Shown: in pieces, positions 44,731-54,212 of the stretch
Layout of the letters: each line of letters opens with the position of its first letter
How positions within the stretch are numbered: position 1 is the stretch's first letter
Source of the DNA: Nitrospira sp.
GTDB lineage: Bacteria; Nitrospirota; Nitrospiria; Nitrospirales; Nitrospiraceae
Assembly: GCA_030692565.1 (NCBI GenBank)
Contig: JAUYAO010000004.1
Span: 17,413-81,412 of the forward strand
Direction of reading: 5' to 3'
DNA length: 64,000 nt
Program-made: the position numbers and the translations under genes
The notes under the pieces: generated by a model
Told to the model about the DNA's origin: nothing
Databases searched by the model: none
Seen by the model: the letters and a program-made list of their open reading frames with translations, nothing else

Positions 44731-46278
44731 ATGTTCCTGACTCCCTACTATGACATCATTATTATCGGCACCGGTCCAGGGGGCGGCACCCTCGCTTACA
44801 AGCTGGCACCGTCAGGGAAGAAGATCCTCTTGTTGGAACGGGGCGGATATCTGCCGCGGGAGAAGGATAACTGGAGTTCCAAGACGGTCTTCATCGATAA
44901 CAAGTACAAGGCTAAAGAAACCTGGAAGGACAAGGATGGCGGCACCTTCCACCCCGGCATCCACTACAACGTCGGCGGGAATAGCAAAGTTTACGGTGCG
45001 GCACTGCTCCGCATGCGCGAACAGGACTTCGGCGAGGTAAAACATCACGGTGGCATCTCGCCTGAATGGCCGATCCGCTACGACGACCTTGAGCCCTATT
45101 ACACCGAGGCTGAATATCTATATTTCGTGCATGGCAATCGTGGCGAAGATCCGACCGAACCAAAAGCGAGCGCGCCCTACAAATATCCAGCCCTCAGGCA
45201 CGAACCCCGCATTCAGGAACTGCACGAGGACTGGCTGAAATGCGGCTACAAGCCATTCCACCTGCCGGTCGGCGTGATGCTGAACGAGCAGCAGAAAGAA
45301 AAGAGCGCCTGTATCCGCTGCAGCACGTGCGACGGCTATCCCTGCTTGGTCAACGCCAAGGCTGACTCACAGGTAATCTGCGTCGATCCGGCATTGCAGT
45401 ACCCGAACGTGACGCTGATCACAAACGCGTTGGTGACAAGGCTAGAGACGAGTGGCACGGGGCGAGAGGTGACGGGCGTCGTGGTGGAACGAAACGGAAG
45501 GACGGAAACCTACAAGGGCAGCATCGTGGGGGTCTCAGCCGGCGCGATCAATTCGGCGGCGCTATTACTGAAGTCCGTGAACGAGAAACATCCGAATGGC
45601 CTGGCGAATTCCTCCGATATGGTGGGCCGGCACTACATGTGCCATAACAACTCGGCCATGTTGGCGATCTCCAAACGGCCGAACCCGACGGTATTTCAGA
45701 AGACCATCGGCTTGAACGATTTCTATCACGCCTCCGCCGACTGGGACTTCCCGATGGGCCATATATCGATGATCGGCAAGCAGGACCTCGATTCGCTGCG
45801 GGCCGGCGCGCCGGCCTTCGCCCCTGGTGTCGCCCTTGATCAAATGGCTAAACACTCCCTCGACTTCTGGATGACCTCGGAAGACCTGCCCGATCCAAAT
45901 AACCGCGTGCTCGTCGGCAAGGATGGTGGCATCACCCTGGCCTATACAGAAAATAATCTGGACGCCCATCGCCACCTGGCTGCGAAGCTCAAGAGCATGC
46001 TGAACCACATCGGCTGCGAGGAGCATCTGTTGCCGACACATCTCTACTTGGGAAAGAAGATCCCTATCGCCGGCACGGCGCATCAATGCGGGACCGTCCG
46101 TTTCGGTCGCGATCCGAGGACCAGCGTGCTGGACGTAAACTGCAAAGCGCACGATCTGAACAATCTCTACGTCGTCGATGCCAGCTTCTTCGTCTCCAGC
46201 TCAGCGGTGAATCCCTCATTAACCATTATGGCCAATGCCTTGCGAGTCGGTGATCACCTTCTCGACCGACTCAAGTGA
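44731..46278 (+). CDS. GMC-family FAD-dependent oxidoreductase
   Basis: GGAGG RBS. DIIIIGTGPGGG dinucleotide-binding motif. The C-terminal GMC region is HQCGTVRFG ... VVDASFF. Confidence 0.8.
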   Translation: MFLTPYYDIIIIGTGPGGGTLAYKLAPSGKKILLLERGGYLPREKDNWSSKTVFIDNKYKAKETWKDKDGGTFHPGIHYNVGGNSKVYGAALLRMREQDFGEVKHHGGISPEWPIRYDDLEPYYTEAEYLYFVHGNRGEDPTEPKASAPYKYPALRHEPRIQELHEDWLKCGYKPFHLPVGVMLNEQQKEKSACIRCSTCDGYPCLVNAKADSQVICVDPALQYPNVTLITNALVTRLETSGTGREVTGVVVERNGRTETYKGSIVGVSAGAINSAALLLKSVNEKHPNGLANSSDMVGRHYMCHNNSAMLAISKRPNPTVFQKTIGLNDFYHASADWDFPMGHISMIGKQDLDSLRAGAPAFAPGVALDQMAKHSLDFWMTSEDLPDPNNRVLVGKDGGITLAYTENNLDAHRHLAAKLKSMLNHIGCEEHLLPTHLYLGKKIPIAGTAHQCGTVRFGRDPRTSVLDVNCKAHDLNNLYVVDASFFVSSSAVNPSLTIMANALRVGDHLLDRLK

Positions 46279-46295
46279 TCAGTGAAGGGTGATGT

Positions 46296-47336
46296 GTGAT
46301 GGGTAAAGGCCTCAACGCACAGTGGGTTCGAATCGGGGCCGTCTGCTTATCACTCGTCACCCATGACTCATCACTCGCGGCGACAGAGTCTCCCCTTGCT
46401 GTTCAATCCGTCGCCTCGGTCGGCTTTACCGTGTCGGACATGGAGCGGTCGGTTGCCTTCTATCAAGACCTGCTGGCGTTTAAGCCGGTGAATGATGTCG
46501 AGGTCGACGGGCCGGAGTACGATCAGCTGTACGGGATCTTCGGCGTGCGGGCGCGGGTGGTGAAGCTGCAACTCGGCGAACAGCAATTAGAGCTGACGCA
46601 GTTCCTGGCGCCGCCGGATGTGCGACCGGTTCCAGTCCCTTCCTATAGCAACGACCTCTGGTTTCAGCACATTGCGATTGTCGTGCGAGACATGGATAGA
46701 GCTTGGGGACAGCTACGCAAGCATCACGTACGCCAGATTTCTCCGCGGCCGCAGACGATTCCCATTTCGAATCCCGCAGCCGCCGGCATCAAGGCGATCA
46801 AGTTTCGCGATCCGGACGGTCACAATCTCGAACTGCTCTGGTTCCCCGAAGGCAAGGGCAACCCGATCTGGAAGAAACCCGGCTCTGATCTGTTTATGGG
46901 GATCGACCATACGGCCATGACCGTGCGCAGCACCGAAAGCAGCACCAAGTTCTATCGCGACCTGTTGGGGATGACGGTCGCCGGGGGCACGCTCAACATG
47001 GGCACGACGCAGCAGTATCTCGACAGTTTGCCCGGTGCCCGCACGTGGGTAACCGGCCTGGCCCCGAAGATGGGCCCGCCTGGCCTAGAATTTCTGGAAT
47101 ATGAACTGCCGACGGCAGGCCGGCCCTTCCCCACCGATACGCACCCGACTGATCTCTGGCATTGGCAGACGACGCTCGTCGTGTCCGACATCGAGGCTGC
47201 CGCCGCACAGGTTCACGGCATGGGACAAATGATCTCATCCGGTGTGGTCACGTTGCCGGATAAGGGCTTGGGCTTCACCAAAGGATTTCTTGTGCGTGAC
47301 TCCGATGGTCGCGCCGTTCAAATTGTGTCACCATGA
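46296..47336 (+). CDS. secreted multi-domain VOC (glyoxalase/dioxygenase-fold) protein
   Basis: Repeated VOC modules (VGFTVSDMERSVAFYQDLL; HIAIVVRDMD; IDHTAMTVRSTESSTKFYRDLLGM). Confidence 0.7.
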   Translation: MMGKGLNAQWVRIGAVCLSLVTHDSSLAATESPLAVQSVASVGFTVSDMERSVAFYQDLLAFKPVNDVEVDGPEYDQLYGIFGVRARVVKLQLGEQQLELTQFLAPPDVRPVPVPSYSNDLWFQHIAIVVRDMDRAWGQLRKHHVRQISPRPQTIPISNPAAAGIKAIKFRDPDGHNLELLWFPEGKGNPIWKKPGSDLFMGIDHTAMTVRSTESSTKFYRDLLGMTVAGGTLNMGTTQQYLDSLPGARTWVTGLAPKMGPPGLEFLEYELPTAGRPFPTDTHPTDLWHWQTTLVVSDIEAAAAQVHGMGQMISSGVVTLPDKGLGFTKGFLVRDSDGRAVQIVSP

Positions 47337-48121
47337 CCACCGCAACGCTCGCCACGATAGGAGCGCCGCGTGCGATGTCGATGTGGATCAAGCTGGGGCT
47401 GGGAGCGGCCGCAATCGTCGCCGGCTGGTGGGGCCTGTCGTCCTTCGACTATGAGAGCTACCTCTCGCCGGCGGTGCTGACGCGGCGGCTGCATGACGCC
47501 GGTCCGCTGGGGCCGGTGCTCCTGATCGGCAGCATGGTCGGAGCCGTCATCATCCCGCCGATTCCGAGCTTGCCACTGGATCTTGCCGCCGGAGCCGCCT
47601 TCGGGCCATTTTATGGCGCGCTCTATGCCGTGATCGGGGCAGAAATCGGCGCGATTCTCTGCTTTCTCATTGCGCGGGCCTTGGGGCGGGACGCGTTGGC
47701 CCGCTTCATGAAGACAGAGAATATCTTCTGCCAGAAGTGCACCGATCACCAACTGATGGGCGCCATGTTCATCGCCCGGTTCATCCCCCTCTTTTCGTTC
47801 GACGTGGTGAGCTACGGCGCCGGACTGACGAACATCTCCCTCAAGACCTTCGCCCTCGCCACCCTCTTCGGCATGGCGCCTCCGACGTTCGCCCTCACAT
47901 ATCTGGGTAGCAGCGTCGTCAGTGCGCAATGGCCGTTGATTGCGGGTGGCATCGTCATGGTCGCACTGTTTCTGGCTATGCCGAAGCTGCTGGCCCGGTA
48001 TCGGACAAGTCGTGTGGCCAGGTTGCTCCTTGGCCCGCCACCGGCTTCGGCAGGGAGTCGAAGAGAGACTCCGGTCCTGGTCCGTTGTGTCGGCTGTGAA
48101 GCCTCTGTGCCGGGCGTGTGA
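47333..48121 (+). CDS. TVP38/TMEM64 (DedA-related) membrane protein
   Basis: ATGA overlap with the upstream gene. Multi-TM protein with the family-typical core motif RFIPLFSFDVVSYGAGLT. Confidence 0.75.
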   Translation: MTTATLATIGAPRAMSMWIKLGLGAAAIVAGWWGLSSFDYESYLSPAVLTRRLHDAGPLGPVLLIGSMVGAVIIPPIPSLPLDLAAGAAFGPFYGALYAVIGAEIGAILCFLIARALGRDALARFMKTENIFCQKCTDHQLMGAMFIARFIPLFSFDVVSYGAGLTNISLKTFALATLFGMAPPTFALTYLGSSVVSAQWPLIAGGIVMVALFLAMPKLLARYRTSRVARLLLGPPPASAGSRRETPVLVRCVGCEASVPGV

Positions 48122-48229
48122 GCGGAGGAGGTGTGTGTGTCCCGGTCGCTCCCCCTGCATTGCCACGTTTTCCTCTCCGGTGCTAGACTCTGTGGCCGTG
48201 AATCCACCCCTCAATCTCTCTAGTACTAG

Positions 48230-49969
48230 GTGCCAATGATGCCGCCTTCTGATCGCGAACCTGCGCCTCCTCAGGATCGCATCGCCGACGAGGCGGCGGA
48301 AACCGGCGTCATCCTCCGCAGAATCCTCGAGGGTGTGGAAGCGAAAGTCGGCGAGCAGTTTTTCCCCTCGCTCGTGCAACAGCTGGCCATGGCGATGGGC
48401 GTCGACTACGCCTATGTCTCGGAACGCACCGAAGATGGGTGCCGGTTCAGATCCAAAGCAGCCTGGGGCAAAGGCCACCTGCTGCCGCCATTCGACGTCC
48501 CTGCTCAGGGTCCCTGCGAAACGGTCTTGACGCGCAAGTGCGTCCATCACCCCGATCAATTACGCGAACTCTATCCGCATGTGCAGTTGATTCAGGACAT
48601 CGGGGTCAACAGCTATTGCGGAGTCCCGGTTGTGGATTCCCATGACCGGGTCGTCGGGCATTTGGCGATCATGGATTCGAAACCGATGCTCGACCCTGTC
48701 CGGGCGACCTCAATCCTCGGCATCTTTGCGATACGGGCTGCCGCGGAATTCGAGCGGCTGCGCTTCGAAGCGGCCATGCGCAAGAGCGACCTGACCTTGA
48801 GAAAGATCGACGAAGGCACGGCAGGAGCGACGGGGGCGGCGTTCTTCCCATCCTTGGTAAAGAGCCTTGCTGAAGCACTGCAGACGAAGTATGCCTTCGT
48901 CTCTAAGTTCGTCGAGGGCCACCGTGCCCGGGTGCGCACGCTGGCCTTTTGGAAGGGCGACGGGTTTCTCGATAACTTCGAATACGATCTGCCCCATACG
49001 CCCTGCGAGCGCGTCTTAGCGGGAGAGGTCTGTCTCTTCCCGGAGAAGGTGCAGGATCTGTTTCCGGATCATCGGGACGATCTCGCCGCGTTGGAGATGG
49101 AGAGCTATCTCGCAATTCCCGTGACGGATCGCGCCGGCAACGTGATGGGCCATTTGGCAGTGATGGATACCAAGCCGATGCACGACGATCCGCGTGTCCT
49201 CTCGGTCTTCAAGATCTTCGGCGTCCGGGCCGGCGCCGAGTTGGAGCGGGAGCGCATGGATGCGCAGCTGAAAGACAACGAAGAGCGGCTGCGCGATCTG
49301 TTCGACGAGGCGCCGATCGCCTATGTTTATGAAGGGGTCGATTCCAAGCTGCTTCGGGTCAACCGCACGGCGATGAAGTCCCTGGGCATCACGGCCGATC
49401 AGGTTCCGGGCCTATACGGGAGGGACTTTGTTCCGGATACTCCCGATGCGCAGCGGCGCTTGAAAGAAGCCTTTGCTTCCGTCGGGAAGGGGATCGACAC
49501 GAGCGGGGTGGTATTGGAACTGCGGCGTAAAGACAACGGGAAACCGCTTTGGATGAGATGGTGGTCGAGGCCGGACCCGAGCGGCACCTACACCCGCACG
49601 ATGTTCCTCGACATTACCGAGCAGGTGTTGATGGAGCAGGAAAAAGCCCGTCTGGAAGCGCAGGCTGTTTATCTGCAGGAAGAAATCAAAGGCGCGCATA
49701 ACTTTGAAGAACTGATCGGGGGGTCGACGTCACTAAAAAAAGTGCTCAAGAATGTAGAACGGGTAGCGCCGACCGATTCGACCGTCCTCATCACCGGCGA
49801 AACCGGCACCGGTAAAGAATTGATTGCCCGCGCGATTCACAACCTGAGTCCGCGCAAGGGCCGGGCGCTCGTCAAAGTCAATTGTGCGGCCATTCCGGCA
49901 GGCTTGATCGAAAGTGAGCTGTTCGGCCACGAGAAAGGCGCCTTCACCGGTGCCTTGACCAAGAAGATG
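48230..49969 (+). pseudogene. sigma-54-dependent activator, 5' fragment (GAF-GAF-PAS-AAA+ through GAFTGA), interrupted by IS
   Basis: Walker A (GETGTGKE) and ELFGHEKGAFTGALTKKM. The reading frame then runs into IS sequence. Confidence 0.9.
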
Positions 49970-50034
49970 AGAGGTGGCTCCGGATGGCTGGACAGCCTAT
50001 TCCCGTTCTTAAGTGGCGCCTCGCGGGTTGCTGA

Positions 50035-50864
50035 CTACGCGGCCGTGAGCCGTGTCGTCAGATTTTCAGAGTACGCCAGGTCAGGCGTCTTGCCGTCAAG
50101 CGCCTGATGCGGTCTGGTCTGGTTGTAGAACGTTAGATAGCGCTCCAAGCCCTGGTGCGCAGCCCCGACGGTCTCGTAGGCGTGCAGATAGACCTCCTCG
50201 TATTTGATGCTTTTCCAGAGTCGTTCCACGAATACGTTGTCTCGCCAACACCCTTTCCCGTCCATGCTGATCTGGATGCCGTGATGCGTCAGGAGTCCCG
50301 TGAACTCCTGGCTGGTGAACTGGCACCCTTGATCGGTATTGAAGATCTCCGGCGGGCCATAGTGGGCCAGGGCGGCCTGCACTGCGTCCAGACAGAAATC
50401 GGTCGTGAGTGTGTTGGAGAGCCGCCACGCCAACACCCGGCGACTGGCCCAGTCCAGGACGGCAAACAAGTACACGAAGCCACGCGCCATCGGGATATAG
50501 GTAATATCGGCGGCCCAGACGTGATTAGGACGCGAGATCTTTAGGTCCCGCAAGGATAGGGATAGACCCGATGGGCCGGATGTCGGCGGCTAAGATGCGG
50601 CTTCCGATACAAGGCCTCAAGCCCCATGCGGCGCATCAGGGTGGCCACATGTCGCCGCCCAACGGCCTGGCCCTCTTGCCGTAAGAGATCGCGCAGCATG
50701 CGCGCCCCGGCAAACGGATACTGCAGATGCAACTCGTCGATCCGCCGCATCAGTGCCAGCGCCGTCTCTGATACCGGCGTCGGGTGGTAGTAGGCAGTCG
50801 AGCGGGCCAGTTTCAGCAACTGGCATTGCCGCCGCACAGGCAGTCGATGGGTGCGATCGATCAT
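50035..50864 (-). pseudogene. IS3-family transposase OrfB (DDE), extra frame break near 50553-50556
   Basis: ...HRVYPY|(L)LRDLKISRPNHVWAADITY... is split between two frames. The DNA reads tat ccc tat cc ttg cgg, so one base is missing relative to YPYLLR. The DDE core is DITY ... NTDQGCQFTS ... E. Confidence 0.75.
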
Positions 50865-51160
50865 GGCTTTGCGCTCCGCAAGCCCGCCTTGGTGAGCGCC
50901 CCGGCTAAAAAATCATTCTCCAGGGCCAGTTGGCCAATCTTGGCATGGAGGGTCTTGAGATCGGGCGTGTCCGCCGTTGGTTTGGCGCCACCAAACACGT
51001 CCGCCGCTCGCGCCAGTAGTTGTTGTTTCCATTCGGTGATCTGGGTGGGATGGACGCGAAACTGCTCGGCCAGTTCCGCCAGCGTCTTGTCGCCTTTGAC
51101 CGCGGCCAACGCGACCTGCGCCTTGAAGGTCGCTCCATGATTCCGTCTCGTTCGCTTCAT
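50861..51160 (-). CDS. IS3-family transposase OrfA (HTH)
   Basis: MKRTRRNHGATFKAQVALAAVKGDKTLAELAEQF... GAGGAG RBS. The slippery heptamer T TTT TTA (plus-strand coordinates 50906-50912) leads in the -1 frame into orfB. Confidence 0.85.
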   Translation of the reverse strand: MKRTRRNHGATFKAQVALAAVKGDKTLAELAEQFRVHPTQITEWKQQLLARAADVFGGAKPTADTPDLKTLHAKIGQLALENDFLAGALTKAGLRSAKP

Positions 51161-51251
51161 CGCCTCGCTCCTCTGGTTTGCCACCACCCGGTGGCGTTGG
51201 TGAAGCAAGGCTACCACTTATCACACTGTCCGAATTTCCGGAGCCCCCTCT

Positions 51252-51926
51252 ATGGGTCGCTTCGAGGTGGCTGATAAAGGCCCGATTTTTCTCGACGAGA
51301 TCGGCGAACTGCCGCTGGATCTGCAATCGAAACTCCTCCGGGTGCTTCAGGAAGGCGAGTTCGAACGGGTCGGCGGGACGCAGACCTTCAAGGTGAATGT
51401 GCGGGTGATCGCCGCAACCAACCGCAATCTCGAGCAGCTTTCGAAGAGCGGCCAGTATCGTCCCGATCTCTATTACCGCCTGAACGTCTTTCCGATTCAC
51501 CTGCCGGCTCTGCGTGAACGCGAAGGCGATATTCCCCTGCTTGTGCAGTACTTCGTGCGTAAGTTTGCCACGAATTTTGGCAAGAAGATCACGAAGATTT
51601 CGGAGCGTATGATGTCCGCACTGCAGCGCTATCAGTGGCCGGGCAACATTCGCGAACTGGAGCATGTGATTGAGCGTGCGGTGATCCTGAGCGAAGGACC
51701 GGAATTGGAATCGATCGAGTGGCTATCGCCGTCCAGCGGCAAGGCCGGATCTGCCAAGCCTCTTACGCTCGAGGAAGCGGAGCGGCAGCACATCATCGAT
51801 ATGTTGGAACAAACCAACTGGCGCGTGAGCGGCCCCAAGGGCGCTGCCGCCATCCTCAGCCTGAAGCCCACGACCCTCGAAGCACGGATGAAAAAGCTCG
51901 GCATTGAGCGCCAGGCGAAGTCGTAA
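51252..51926 (+). pseudogene. sigma-54-dependent activator, 3' fragment (rest of AAA+ plus Fis-type HTH)
   Basis: (M)GRFEVADKGPIFLDEIGELP (Walker B), RVIAATNRNL, WPGNIRELEH, and the C-terminal HTH AAAILSLKPTTLEARMKKLGI. Confidence 0.9.
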
Positions 51927-52101
51927 TTCCTTCTCTCCTGTTTTTCCCGTTATTCCAAAGAAATTTTCCCAACATATCGTGACGGTCCCAATATTTGGGG
52001 AATCATTTCGGTCCGATCTCACGACGGTTTTGCCCGTCAGGGTCCGCCTTCTCATTGGTTCATCAATCACTTAACGCATCCCACGACATCGCTCTGCGCA
52101 G

Positions 52102-52117
52102 TGGCACTGCTGTTGCT
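52102..52117 (+). promoter_or_regulatory. sigma-54 (-24/-12) promoter
   Basis: TGGCACtgctgTTGCT matches the consensus with canonical GG-N10-GC spacing. It lies 45 nt upstream of the ATG at 52161, inside a 235-bp non-coding gap. Confidence 0.75.
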
Positions 52118-52160
52118 GAATAGTCGGGCAGTGCGCGACAGCAAAGGAGAACATGAAGCG

Positions 52161-52430
52161 ATGTTGAAGATCACCAAAGTTCAAGAAAGCGGCCGGGATG
52201 TCCTTCTCAAGCTGGAAGGAAAGATTACGGAGCAGTGGGCCGCCCTCCTCGACGGCGAGTGCCGTTCGTTCCTTCGCCAGAAAAAGGCGGTCTATCTGGA
52301 TTGTTCGCATGTGGACTTTATCGATCAACGGGGAGTGGAGGTGGTGAAGAACTTCCCTCCCGCGCAAGTCACCCTCATGAGCGCTCCCGGATTTGTGACG
52401 GAGTTGCTGGAGATTGGAGGCCAGTCATGA
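52161..52430 (+). CDS. STAS-domain protein (anti-sigma-antagonist-like)
   Basis: LLKLEGKI ... AVYLDCSHVDFIDQRGVEVV is a STAS-like layout. AAGGAGA RBS. Confidence 0.65.
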   Translation: MLKITKVQESGRDVLLKLEGKITEQWAALLDGECRSFLRQKKAVYLDCSHVDFIDQRGVEVVKNFPPAQVTLMSAPGFVTELLEIGGQS

Positions 52431-53155
52431 ATTCAGTCGTCACCACGTATCAGGAATCGGGGGGGCAGGTCTCGACGGTCGGAGCATCGGCCACCACGTC
52501 GCCGGGCTCTTCGCTCTCGCAAGAGGAGCGGTCGCGGATCGGCCGTCTTCGCACCGGAGACGAGGGGGCGTTTGACGAACTGGTCAACAAGCACCACAGC
52601 GGGCTGATTCGCATGGCGCTGGGACATGTGGCGGACCGGGAAGTGGCTGAGGAAGTGGTGCAGGATACCTGGATGGCCGTAATCGAAGGGCTGGCCCGTT
52701 TTGAGGGGCGGTCCTCGCTGCGGACCTGGATCTTCGGGATTCTGATTCACAAGGCTAAGGATCGCGGTGTGCGGGAGAAGCGGCACGCGACATTTTCGGA
52801 TTTCGAATCCTACAACGATGACAATGATGAAGCCGTCGATCCCTCTCGTTTCCATCAGAGTGGCGAATGGGCCGGCCACTGGGCCTTCCCTCCCCAACCC
52901 TGGGACGACCAGACGCCGGAAAAATTGCTGGCCAGCCAGCAAGCGGTGCGCGCCATGAACAAGGCGATTGAATCCTTGCCCAAAACGCTCAAGGAGGTCT
53001 TGGTCCTCCGCGACGTGGAAGGGGTGGACGCCAAGGAAGCGTGCGAGATCCTGAAGATCACAGAAACCAATCTCTATGTTCGGCTTCATCGGGCACGGGA
53101 ACGGGTGCGAGTGGCGGTAGAAAGCTTTCTGGGAGGAAGGCCTTTGGATCTGTAA
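52427..53155 (+). CDS. ECF sigma factor with N-terminal extension and long sigma2-sigma4 linker
   Basis: The start overlaps the STAS stop (ATGA), with GGAGG upstream. Sigma-2 is VVQDTWMAVIEGLARFEGRSSLRTWIFGILIHKAKD. Sigma-4 is LVLRDVEGVDAKEACEILKITETNLYVRLHRARERV. Confidence 0.85.
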   Translation: MNSVVTTYQESGGQVSTVGASATTSPGSSLSQEERSRIGRLRTGDEGAFDELVNKHHSGLIRMALGHVADREVAEEVVQDTWMAVIEGLARFEGRSSLRTWIFGILIHKAKDRGVREKRHATFSDFESYNDDNDEAVDPSRFHQSGEWAGHWAFPPQPWDDQTPEKLLASQQAVRAMNKAIESLPKTLKEVLVLRDVEGVDAKEACEILKITETNLYVRLHRARERVRVAVESFLGGRPLDL

Positions 53156-53208
53156 GAAGGGGGTCGGCAGGAGGACCAACCGGGAGTACATCACCGGAGG
53201 CTCCCTGC

Positions 53209-53475
53209 ATGAAAGACCATCCGTCACAATGGATCCAGAGCGGACTCAGCTGCCGTGATGTCACGGAGCGGGTCTCTGAGTATACGGAAGACCGTCTCCC
53301 GATCCTGACCAAGGTCCGCGTCGGCCTGCATCTCGCTTCCTGCGCCAACTGTCGCGCGTATCTGAGGCAAATGGTCTTGATCTGCGCGACGGCCGCGCTG
53401 CTTCCCAAGCGGTCCCCGTCACCGATTCATCGACTCCAGTTGCGGCGGCAGTTTGCCGCACACTATTCCCGCTAG
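53209..53475 (+). CDS. small zf-HC2 putative anti-sigma factor (no TM segment)
   Basis: GGAGG RBS. CRDVTERVSE ... HLASCANCRAY. 88 aa. Confidence 0.65.
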   Translation: MKDHPSQWIQSGLSCRDVTERVSEYTEDRLPILTKVRVGLHLASCANCRAYLRQMVLICATAALLPKRSPSPIHRLQLRRQFAAHYSR

Positions 53476-53524
53476 GACTTCCGCTCGTGCTGTAAGGGAA
53501 CGGCCTCAAAGCCGACTGATCGCC

Positions 53525-54199
53525 ATGACCACACTTGTGACAATGACCATGTTGAACTCGGAGCAGCTCAGGCTGGAGCAGGCGGCCACGCTGGCGGAGC
53601 CGGAGCGACCGTACGGACTATTGGCCAAGAGTCTCTTTCTTGTCATGGACCTGCTCTACGGCCGCGCTAGAAGTTGGAGCAAATTCAAAGTTCTTGAAGT
53701 AATCGCCCGCGTGCCCTATCAAGCCTGGGAACATGTGGCCTACATCGCGATCACGCAGCAATACCAGCATGAGGATTTTGCCCGGCGGGTGTTCGACCGC
53801 GTGAAAGAGAGCCGTCATCAGCAGGACAACGAACAATGGCATCTCCTCATTCTGGAGGAATGGATCCATCGCGCTCGAATCGAAGAGCGCTTCCTGTTGC
53901 ACCGGCTGGTGCCGCAAGTCATCGCCTTCGTCTATTACCAGATCAGTTGGCTGCTCTATGTGATGAAGCCCGAATGGAGTCATCGCCTGAATGTCGATTT
54001 CGAGACCCATGCGGAACATGAGTACATGCGCTTCGCCCGCGAGCATCCGGAGTTGGAACAGACGCCTTTTGAGAGCGCCTTTAAGAAAGACTTTGGCGAC
54101 TTCGCCACGATGGCCGACGTTATACGCCAGATCGGGTATGACGAACGCGTCCACAAGAACCAAAGCATGCATAAACTCGGCATGGCGCGCTTTACCTAG
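53525..54199 (+). CDS. alternative oxidase / PTOX-like di-iron carboxylate protein
   Basis: All four AOX iron-ligand motifs are recognisable in order: LEVIARVPY (LET-like), NEQWHL (NERMHL-like), DFETHAEHEY (LEEEA-like) and YDERVHKN (RADEAHHR-like). Confidence 0.65.
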   Translation: MTTLVTMTMLNSEQLRLEQAATLAEPERPYGLLAKSLFLVMDLLYGRARSWSKFKVLEVIARVPYQAWEHVAYIAITQQYQHEDFARRVFDRVKESRHQQDNEQWHLLILEEWIHRARIEERFLLHRLVPQVIAFVYYQISWLLYVMKPEWSHRLNVDFETHAEHEYMRFAREHPELEQTPFESAFKKDFGDFATMADVIRQIGYDERVHKNQSMHKLGMARFT

Positions 54200-54212
54200 C
54201 AAGGGAGACATC

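Larger units (their letters stand above)
49970..51251 (-). mobile_element. IS3-family insertion sequence (1282 bp)
   Basis: The terminal inverted repeats AGAGGTGGCTCCGGATGGCTGGACAG and AGAGGGGGCTCCGGAAATTCGGACAG match at 21 of 26 positions. They are flanked by a 3-bp direct repeat ATG (49967-49969 and 51252-51254). The element carries orfA/orfB with a TTTTTTA slippery site. Confidence 0.9.

Noticed and set aside
47318-48559. 413-aa minus-strand ORF
   Set aside because: Antisense to the TVP38-family gene and to the 5' end of the sigma-54 activator, both with clear family signatures. The composition is Arg/Gly/His-rich.
50096-50544. ORFs 50096..50428 (minus) and 50155..50544 (plus) inside the IS
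   Set aside because: Alternative or antisense frames of the DDE transposase orfB.
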